From contig NZ_JMCB01000005.1 in the NCBI RefSeq assembly GCF_000737315.1, forward strand, positions 20,001 through 82,000: a stretch of DNA of 62,000 bases. The letters are read 5' to 3'. The translations under genes were made by a program, and so were the position numbers. Shown in pieces: positions 44,762 through 52,114 of the stretch (its first letter is position 1; the number at the start of each line of letters is the position of its first letter). The DNA comes from Hyalangium minutum (GTDB lineage Bacteria; Myxococcota; Myxococcia; Myxococcales; Myxococcaceae). The notes beneath the pieces are model-generated. The model was not told the origin of the DNA. It worked only from the letters and a program-made list of their open reading frames with translations, and searched no databases.

Positions 44762-45367
44762 CTACTTCCAGGTGATGCTGTAGGTGCAGGCCGGGGCGCC
44801 CTTCTTGCGGCACGTCTTCGGATCATGCATGACCTTCGCGCCGGCGTTGAACTGCTGGCCCAGGCCCGTGACCAGGCCCTCCTCGAAGGCGCAGGGGTAC
44901 GGGGTGTCGGCGTCGACGAACACCTGCGTCTTGCCCGGCACGGTGCGGACCTTGTAGTGGCCGATGCCCTCGAGCATCTGGCCCGTCTGCGGATCGAACA
45001 TCCGCTTCCCGCTCTTGGCGTGGTTGTAGTGGTAGCCCATGTCCAGCGTCTCGAACGCGCGGGCGATACCCGTCAGGAAGTCACCCGGCTGCGAGGCCTT
45101 CTTCACGATGTAGAGGCCCGACTGCTTCAGGGTGTAGTCCCCGAACTCCGCCTGCACGCGATCGAACGCGCGCAAGAAGGCGTCCAGCGGGTACCACTTC
45201 TCCGGATCCAGCTTGGCCATGCCGACGCCATCGGTGTCCATCTCTCCCAGGCCGCACTCGAGCAGGATCTTGCTGGCCAGCAGAGTGAAGGAGCCGAACC
45301 CGTCCAGCGTCACCTGCACCGTCGAGCCGAGAGTCTGGTATTCCTTGTAGTTCTCACTATTGGGCAT
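44762..45367 (-). CDS. Hypothetical small-ligand-binding protein, V4R/H-NOX-like fold suspected
   Basis: DPEKWYPLDAFLRAF, TPYPCAFEEG, CRKKGAPACTYSITW; the C-terminal Cys arrangement resembles V4R domains; 21 bp upstream of the flavoprotein gene. Confidence 0.6.
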   Translation of the reverse strand: MPNSENYKEYQTLGSTVQVTLDGFGSFTLLASKILLECGLGEMDTDGVGMAKLDPEKWYPLDAFLRAFDRVQAEFGDYTLKQSGLYIVKKASQPGDFLTGIARAFETLDMGYHYNHAKSGKRMFDPQTGQMLEGIGHYKVRTVPGKTQVFVDADTPYPCAFEEGLVTGLGQQFNAGAKVMHDPKTCRKKGAPACTYSITWK

Positions 45368-45605
45368 GATGATCCCCCTGTTGATTCAGCGTACGAAATG
45401 AAGTGATGACGTGAAGAGCCGGAAATCGGCGTGTACTCCAGCACGGGTCTTGCGGTGATTCAAGTACTGCTCCTGCCCGTGTCCGATACCTGTAGTGAGT
45501 GGCGATGAGACACCGCGCGGGTGTGATCGGCTCTGTCGGGCAGGTGAACTTGCGGCACATGTACTAGAGGGAAGCCACGGCTGTTGGCGTGACCAGGAGA
45601 AGCAC

Positions 45606-47012
45606 ATGAGTTCGTCTGAAGATCTTCCGTTGGAGTTGCAAACGCTGGCCGAGCCCTACCGCGTGAAGATGGTGGAGAAGGTCCGCATTCCGTCTCGCTC
45701 CGAGCGCGAGAGCATCTTGAAGAAGGCCCACTACTCCGTGGTGCACGTGGACTCGGCGGACATCTTCATCGATGTGATCACCGACAGTGGCACGGGCGCG
45801 ATGAGCGACCAGCAGTGGGCGGGGCTGATGAAGGGCGACGAGGCGTACATGCGCTCGCGCAGCTTCATCGAGTTCGAGCGGGCCGTGCAGGACATCCTTG
45901 GCTTCGAGCACGTCATCCCCACACACCAGGGGCGTGCGGCCGAGCACATCCTCATGGAGCTGCTCATCAAGCCGGAGGACGGTAAGGACATCGTCCTGTG
46001 CAACACGCACTTCGACACGACGCGCGCGCACGTGATGAACCGCAAGGCCACCCCGCTGGATCTGGTGGGGGACTGGCTCTGGCGCTTCGAGGAGGAGCGG
46101 CCCTTCAAGGGGAACTTTGATCTGGGCAAGCTCGAGGCCGCCCTGGAGCGCTATCACCAGCGCGTCCCGTTCGTCCTCATCACCGTGCTCAACAACTTCG
46201 CGTGTTCCTCGCCGGTGTCCATGGAGAACATCCGCGAGACGAAGCGGCTCGCGGACCGCTACAACATCCCCATCTACTTCGACATCTGCCGCTTCGCGGA
46301 GAACGCCTACTTCATCAAGACGCGCGAGAAGGGCTACCAGGACAAGTCCATCGCGGAGATCGCCCGGGAGATGCTCTCCTACGGGCGAGGCTGCTGGATG
46401 AGCGCGAAGAAGGACGGCCTGGTGAACATCGGCGGCTTCATCGCGGTGCACGACGAGAAGCTCGCGATGCGGTGCAAGGAGAAGCTGGTGCTCTACGAGG
46501 GCTTCCCGACCTATGGCGGTCTGGCGGGCCGAGACCTGGAGGCGGTGGCCGTGGGCCTGCGCGAGGGCATCGAGGAGCCCTACCTGGCCCACCGCACGCA
46601 GCAGATCGCCTACCTGGCGGACCTGTTCGAGAAGACCGGCATCCGCGTGAGCAAGCCCTCGGGAGGCTCGGGCGTCTTCATCGACGTGGCGGGGCTCTAC
46701 TCGCACCTGCCGGAGGACAAGTTCCCGGCGATCGCCTTCACGTGCGATCTCTACCTGGAGGGCGCCATCCGTGGCAGCGCCTATCCGTTCCCGCTCATCA
46801 CCATTGATCCGAAGACGGCCGACATCACCCCGCGCGTCTTCCAGTTCGCCCGCTTCGCCATTCCCCGGCGCACCTATACCAAGGGGCACCTGGACTACAT
46901 CGCCACGGTGATGGCGCGGCTGAAGGAGAAGGCGCCGCAGAACAAGGGCTACAAGATCACCTACTCACCCGAGGTGCTGGGGCACTTCTTCTCGAAGTTC
47001 GAGCCCCTGTAG
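45606..47012 (+). CDS. tnaA: Tryptophanase-like PLP beta-eliminating lyase
   Basis: IDVITDSGT, GDEAY, THQGRAAE, HFDTTR, MSAKKDG (PLP Lys), EGFPTYGGL, RFAIPRRTY, C-terminal GHF; these positions favour tryptophanase over tyrosine phenol-lyase. AGGAGA RBS. Confidence 0.82.
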   Translation: MSSSEDLPLELQTLAEPYRVKMVEKVRIPSRSERESILKKAHYSVVHVDSADIFIDVITDSGTGAMSDQQWAGLMKGDEAYMRSRSFIEFERAVQDILGFEHVIPTHQGRAAEHILMELLIKPEDGKDIVLCNTHFDTTRAHVMNRKATPLDLVGDWLWRFEEERPFKGNFDLGKLEAALERYHQRVPFVLITVLNNFACSSPVSMENIRETKRLADRYNIPIYFDICRFAENAYFIKTREKGYQDKSIAEIAREMLSYGRGCWMSAKKDGLVNIGGFIAVHDEKLAMRCKEKLVLYEGFPTYGGLAGRDLEAVAVGLREGIEEPYLAHRTQQIAYLADLFEKTGIRVSKPSGGSGVFIDVAGLYSHLPEDKFPAIAFTCDLYLEGAIRGSAYPFPLITIDPKTADITPRVFQFARFAIPRRTYTKGHLDYIATVMARLKEKAPQNKGYKITYSPEVLGHFFSKFEPL

Positions 47013-47031
47013 CACCCAGGGCTGGCGCCGC

Positions 47032-48846
47032 TCAGACGATGGCGCGGTTGAACTCCCGCCTGGCCGTGCCGACCAAGAGCGGCTGCGGCTGGGGGGACAC
47101 TTCCTGGTGCGCGCTGAGGCCGTAGGCCTCGGTGGCCAGGTAGATGGTGGTCCGCAGCTGGCTTCCCTGCCGGCGCATGGAGGCCCACTGCATCAATCCC
47201 ACGCCCGTGTCGAGCCGGCGGTGCGCCAGTGCCCGCACCGCCCGCTCCAGCAGCATGTGGGCTTGCGGATCCAGCAGGAAGCGGATGCGCTCCAGGGCCT
47301 CCTGGTCATTGCGCACGTGGCAGCGCACGGGGACGTGCAGCGTGACGCTGGTGGGTCGATCCTCATCCGAGGTGAACGACAGGCACGTCAGCAGCGAGCG
47401 CGAGGACTCGACGCGGCCGGTGTGGCCCTTGAGCGCCTGGCAGAAGATCCACGCCTCGCCGGGCACGTACTCCGGTGCCAGCGCCATCACCGACTCGAGC
47501 TCCTCCGCGGTGATGTCCTTGTGCGCCAGGTAGATCTTCACGCGGGCCGTGCGGTGAGCGGACAGGTCCAGCGAGAAGTAGATGATCTGATCCAGCCCGT
47601 CCGGACGCAGGGTGTGCTCGCTGAGGCAGCGCCAGACGCGGTGCAGGCCCAGCCGCTCCAGGGCCTCCTGCACCACCGCGTGGGCCCGCTCGGGGCCCTG
47701 GGCCGCGGGGTTGAAGTAGACCTTGATGTCGGCCCGGCCGTTCTTGAGGAAGAAGGCGTGCCAGAGCGCGAAGCGGGCGCGGGGATCCACCGGCTCGAAC
47801 AGATCCTTCACGAGGTTGAAGCGCTCCAGCCGGACGCCGAACTCCTGGCTCAGCCGCTCGGTGAGGGCAATGCCGTCTTCCCAGGTGGAGCGCAGCGTGG
47901 TGGGGCCGTGGGCGCTCTGGGACTCCATCAAGAAGCGCACCTCGGGCCGTCCGTCCTCGAGCGCCAGGGACAGCTCGTACGGCGTGTGGTCGTCGGTGAT
48001 GTCCGACTTCCAGGGCGGGGTGGAGCCGATCTGCTGGGAGCCCCAGGGACTGCTCATGAAGCTGAAGAAGCGCTTCACCGTCTCTGTGTCCGAGGCGTCG
48101 TAGCCCACCGCCTCGCAGAGCGCCTGCAGGCGGGCAATGCCGAACTCCTCGAAGGTCAGGGAGGAGGGTGGCTCCCACGCGATCAGCGCCCGCTTCACCT
48201 CCAACTGGTGCAGCGCGTACGCCAGCAGGTGGTTGCTCAGGCCCATGAGGTGGCTGAAGACCTCATCCACGGTCTCCAGGGCCTCCTTCTCTGAACCCGG
48301 CGGAAGCTGCTGGCCCGCGGTGGCCCAGCACGAGGCTCCCTCCAGCTGCGCGCGCAGGAACCGGAAACCCACCAGTTCCTTGCCCGTGCGCGCCTCGAAC
48401 GTGCGGGCCACGTGCTCGAGCGCTCCCAGGCCCATGCTCCCCGCCGTGTGGAGCGCCCGCATCAGGATCTGCGCCTGGACCGGGCTCGCGTTCGCCGCCA
48501 CATCAATGAGCTCGAAGAGCGTCTTGCGAGTGAAGCTGCCCTCCGCTCCCCACAGCAGCCGCAGCATGCCGTTGAGGTCCGAGGTGGAGCTCAGCCCCAG
48601 CATCTGCAGATCGCTCAGATAAGCGGCCCAGTGCGCACTCTCCTGGGGGTTCTCCGGGACGAGCTCGGGCTCCTCCCCCATCATCGTGCGGTTCAGGTCC
48701 GCCAAGCCCAGCACGAGCGGCGCCAGACAGGGCAGGAAGCTCAGACGTTCCTGGGGCGAGAGGCGTGTATCCCGGAGGAAGCCCACGAAAGAAGACCTGG
48801 CGAAGATCTGCTGCCGCTCTCTCAAATGCTCCAGGACCTGCTGCAT
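47032..48846 (-). CDS. Tryptophan/indole dimethylallyltransferase (ABBA/DMATS) with N-terminal heme-oxygenase-like domain
   Basis: SDITDDHTPYELSL, EVRFLME, FALWHAF, IKVYFNP, YFSLDLS...RVKIY, TLHVPVR...ND, TTIYLATEAY match bacterial Trp DMATS; about 220 extra N-terminal residues (FLRDTRLSPQERLSFLPCLAP...HWAAYLSDL). Confidence 0.85.
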   Translation of the reverse strand: MQQVLEHLRERQQIFARSSFVGFLRDTRLSPQERLSFLPCLAPLVLGLADLNRTMMGEEPELVPENPQESAHWAAYLSDLQMLGLSSTSDLNGMLRLLWGAEGSFTRKTLFELIDVAANASPVQAQILMRALHTAGSMGLGALEHVARTFEARTGKELVGFRFLRAQLEGASCWATAGQQLPPGSEKEALETVDEVFSHLMGLSNHLLAYALHQLEVKRALIAWEPPSSLTFEEFGIARLQALCEAVGYDASDTETVKRFFSFMSSPWGSQQIGSTPPWKSDITDDHTPYELSLALEDGRPEVRFLMESQSAHGPTTLRSTWEDGIALTERLSQEFGVRLERFNLVKDLFEPVDPRARFALWHAFFLKNGRADIKVYFNPAAQGPERAHAVVQEALERLGLHRVWRCLSEHTLRPDGLDQIIYFSLDLSAHRTARVKIYLAHKDITAEELESVMALAPEYVPGEAWIFCQALKGHTGRVESSRSLLTCLSFTSDEDRPTSVTLHVPVRCHVRNDQEALERIRFLLDPQAHMLLERAVRALAHRRLDTGVGLMQWASMRRQGSQLRTTIYLATEAYGLSAHQEVSPQPQPLLVGTARREFNRAIV

Positions 48847-49307
48847 CGGTTTTGCTCCTCGACTGGACTGGTCAAGACCCAGCGCCCGGGCTTCTGGGCT
48901 CGCTGCTGTGATTCGGTAACCCCCCAGAATTTGGCAATCAATGAGGGGTGATTCAGACCCGCCCCATCGACTTCCGACAGGTGTGGTTGTAACGCATTTT
49001 TTTTATTCGGGTCAAATAGAATGGGTAAAAAATCTCTACCCTGCGAGATTCTTTGGCAAGTGGGAGTGTGTTGATCTCTTAGGTTTTCAGTCCTGGCAAA
49101 AAACACGCAACATTTTCCCCGGGTGGGTGAGGAATGACTCACATGCGGAAAATGACCCAGGTGGGATGAACAGCCATCTCGGCCTGGAGACTGAGAGAAA
49201 AAGGACTACCCAGAAGGTTCTATCTGGGATTGATCGGATAGCGGGGCTCTGGATCGAGGCGTGATCCAGGCCTCAACAGGGCAGGAGCAACCGGGGCTGT
49301 GGGTGGG

Positions 49308-49652
49308 TCAGTTCAGCCAGCGCGGCACGCCGGACTCGGGGGACTGCTCCTCCGAGAGCCAGGCGATGGAGAGCTCATCGCCCAGGGCCGTGTCGAAGTT
49401 CGCGGCGATGACATATCCCGCAGGCGTGGCCTGGCAGCGGAGGATGTTCAGCCGCGTCCGAGGGATGAGCAGCTCGGGGATGCTGGCCTCGATGGATTGC
49501 CCGGGCTCTACGGGCACGCGAGACAGCAACAGGCAGCCGCTGGCCGAGGCATTGATGATGTCCGCGTCCAGCACTTCACGGGGGCAGTGGAGCTTGATGG
49601 CCAGCCGCAAGGGGTACCGTTGGTGCCGACGCCGCTCGTTGTCGTAGGACAC
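49308..49652 (-). CDS. Stand-alone PilZ domain protein
   Basis: RRHQRY (RxxxR) and NASASG (D/NxSxxG); AGGAGG RBS before the GTG start. Confidence 0.85.
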   Translation of the reverse strand: MSYDNERRRHQRYPLRLAIKLHCPREVLDADIINASASGCLLLSRVPVEPGQSIEASIPELLIPRTRLNILRCQATPAGYVIAANFDTALGDELSIAWLSEEQSPESGVPRWLN

Positions 49653-49877
49653 GGGATGCCTCCTGACGCGCTGCCCGTCATCCACGGCGGGACATGAGGT
49701 GAAACAATATGCGGGTTTCATACCGAGAGGCAGCCCTTGCGGCTTGTCTACATCGGCATGCAATGTGTTGCATGGGGTTGACAGGTGAGCAAAAGAAGGG
49801 TTTTTGTTTTCAATGTGTGTCTTTGAAGTCCCGCAGATACATTTAGGGGAAGGCGGGGCCCTGACATGGTGGTCCTC

Positions 49878-50801
49878 ATGAAATGGAGCTCCCTGTTGTT
49901 GGTGTCCCTGGGCCTTGCTGCTCCAGTGAGCGCTGCGCCCCCATCCACCCCCAAACCTTCCACCCCGCCCATGAATGCCTCTCCTGGAATCGAAGCCGAG
50001 ACCCGTGCCTGGCACACCGAACGCGTCTCCCGGCTGACGTCGGACGATGGGTGGCTCACGCTGGTGGGGCTGCATTGGCTCAAGGAGGGCGCCAACCGCT
50101 TTGGCTCTGCGCCGGACAATGACGTGGTGTTCCCGGCGGCCTTTCCCGCTCATGCGGGCACCTTCACCCGGAAGGGAGCCACGGTGAGCCTCGCGCTCGA
50201 GAAGGGCACGTCCCTGGCGCTGGAGGGCAAGCCCTTCACCGGAGGCGCGCTGCGCAGTGATGCCGACGGCAAGCCGGACACGCTGGCGCTGGGCTCCGTG
50301 CGCTTCTTCGTGATTCGCCGCGGCGATCGGCTGGGCGTGCGGGTGAAGGACTCGGAGGCGCCCACGCGCAAGGCGTTCCACGGCATCCCCACCTACGCCC
50401 CAAGCGCCGCCTGGCGGGTGGAGGGGCGCTTCGAGCCCGCCACCACCGAGAAGAAGATCTCCGTTCCCAATGTGCTGGGCGAGGTGGAGGAGATGGTGTC
50501 CCCGGGCACCGTCGTCTTCACCGTGGGAGGTCAGGAGTACCGGCTCTCGCCGGTGCAGGAGCCGGGCGAGGATCAGCTCTTCTTCATCTTCGGAGACCTG
50601 ACCAACCGCGATGAGACGTACGGCGCGGGCCGCTTCCTGTACGCAGCCATGCCGAAGGAGGGGAAGGTGGTGCTGGACTTCAACCGGGCCTACAACCCGC
50701 CGTGCGCGTTCACCTCGTTCGCCACCTGCCCGCTGCCGCCGTCGCAGAACCGGCTCAAGGTGCGGGTCGAGGCCGGAGAGAAGCGCTACGGCGACCACTG
50801 A
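49878..50801 (+). CDS. DUF1684 domain protein (secreted)
   Basis: Signal peptide; GWLTLVGLHWL, FGDLTNRDETYGAGRFL, LDFNRAYNPPCAFTSFATCPLPP. Confidence 0.9.
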   Translation: MKWSSLLLVSLGLAAPVSAAPPSTPKPSTPPMNASPGIEAETRAWHTERVSRLTSDDGWLTLVGLHWLKEGANRFGSAPDNDVVFPAAFPAHAGTFTRKGATVSLALEKGTSLALEGKPFTGGALRSDADGKPDTLALGSVRFFVIRRGDRLGVRVKDSEAPTRKAFHGIPTYAPSAAWRVEGRFEPATTEKKISVPNVLGEVEEMVSPGTVVFTVGGQEYRLSPVQEPGEDQLFFIFGDLTNRDETYGAGRFLYAAMPKEGKVVLDFNRAYNPPCAFTSFATCPLPPSQNRLKVRVEAGEKRYGDH

Positions 50802-50813
50802 GCCAGCGCACGC

Positions 50814-51947
50814 TCATGCCGCCGAGAGCTTCAGGTCCTTGTTCAGTCCAGCGTCCCGGCTCACGCGCCAGATCTTCTGATCCAGGTAGTAGTGGTGCAG
50901 GGCGAAGCCCCAGATGAAGCCCGAGGCCAGGTCTCTCAGCGAGAGGCCTGCGCCGAGCATCAGCTTCGCGTCGAACGTGCCGCAGCCGGGGTGCAAGCCG
51001 AAGCCGCAGCCCAGCGCGCGGTAGGCCAGGGTGAAGGCCACGCCACACGCCGCATAGATGAGGAAGCGCCCGCTGATGCGCGGCGCGAGCCCGAAGTCGG
51101 CGTGCTCCACGCCGGGCCCGTGGTAGCGGTTGCGGTGATAGAACCAGACGATGCCGTGGTACTGGACGTTGTGGAACGCCGTCACCACCACGGCGACCAT
51201 GAGAAACTCCACGCGGCGCGCCACCCCGGGCAGGAAGAGCAGCACACTCAGCCCGATCGCCGCAGCCAGCAGCAGCACCTTGGGCCCGTTGATGCCGAGG
51301 CCCTGGCGCCACCGCTGGAACTGCCGCGCGGCGAAGAGCGCCACCACCGCGAAGGTCACCGCCCAGCACGCCCAGGCCAGGTTCTCCTCCACCCCCGGCT
51401 GCGGCCCCAGCCCGAGCAGCCTGCGCGCCACCGGGTGCGTGACGGCGAAGGCCCCGAACGGCGCCAGCAGCCCTCCATACAGCGTGAGGCTGTCCACCCG
51501 GCGATCCACTGGGAGCGTGTCCCGGTTCTTCCGCTGGTAGAGCGTCATCAGCCCGTAGTGCTGGCGCACCACGTGCCAGTAGGCCCACAGGCTGGCGAAG
51601 GTCAGGAACAGGTCGAACGGCAGCCGCTGGCCCAGCAGCACCGAGACCCCAAAAATCAGGGGACCCGCGGCGAACCAGCCCAGGCTGCCGAGCAGCAGCC
51701 GGCGCCTCGCCGTGCGCTCCCGACGGTCCAGGTAGGTCCTCGAAAGCGTGGCGAAGATGTGCGGCCCGTCCAGCGTGAGCACCCACATCCACCACAGCAC
51801 CAGGCCGCTCACGCCCACGCCCAGATGGAGGCCGAGCAGCACGAGGCTCGCAGCCAGCCCTCCCACGGTGGAGAGCAGATCATGCCGGCGATCGACGAGC
51901 CAGCCCGCGTGCAGGGGGACGGCGGGGGCGGCGGAGACTGCGCTCAT
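50814..51947 (-). CDS. Polytopic membrane protein with conserved His motifs, function unknown
   Basis: DGPHIFAT, YWHVVRQHYG, FHNVQYH, LHHYYLDQKIW; about 8 TM segments. Confidence 0.75.
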   Translation of the reverse strand: MSAVSAAPAVPLHAGWLVDRRHDLLSTVGGLAASLVLLGLHLGVGVSGLVLWWMWVLTLDGPHIFATLSRTYLDRRERTARRRLLLGSLGWFAAGPLIFGVSVLLGQRLPFDLFLTFASLWAYWHVVRQHYGLMTLYQRKNRDTLPVDRRVDSLTLYGGLLAPFGAFAVTHPVARRLLGLGPQPGVEENLAWACWAVTFAVVALFAARQFQRWRQGLGINGPKVLLLAAAIGLSVLLFLPGVARRVEFLMVAVVVTAFHNVQYHGIVWFYHRNRYHGPGVEHADFGLAPRISGRFLIYAACGVAFTLAYRALGCGFGLHPGCGTFDAKLMLGAGLSLRDLASGFIWGFALHHYYLDQKIWRVSRDAGLNKDLKLSAA

Positions 51948-52114
51948 TCAGGGCTCCTGCGACGCGTGGGGTCCGAGCCCGTCAAGGATGCCATGGGGTG
52001 GGTGGATCCGCTGGGTGAGGCATGTGCCTACACAGTGAAGGTGCGGCCAAACAAGCGTGCTTTGGGGAAATTAAGAGCTTGAGCGAGGGGTATCGGAGCG
52101 CGACAGTTCTGATC

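Noticed and set aside
45437-45454. CCAGCACGGGTCTTGCG as a sigma54 promoter for tnaA
   Set aside because: The invariant -24 GG is AG.
45505-45567. 20-codon ORF (MRHRAGVIGSVGQVNLRHMY) upstream of the tryptophanase as a TnaC-like leader
   Set aside because: No Trp codon, no terminal Pro and no SD, so it lacks the features TnaC needs.
45606-47012. Annotation as tyrosine phenol-lyase
   Set aside because: FDTT, FPTYGG and the C-terminal His match tryptophanase rather than TPL (FTTT, MPSYGG, Phe).
45382-48954. Recurring TGATTC words upstream of the V4R-like and DMATS genes
   Set aside because: Only 6 bp with inconsistent spacing (74 versus 40 bp); could easily be chance.
49094-49109. TGGCAAAAAACACGCA with GG-N10-GC spacing
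   Set aside because: Poor -12 element, and it points toward no nearby + strand gene.
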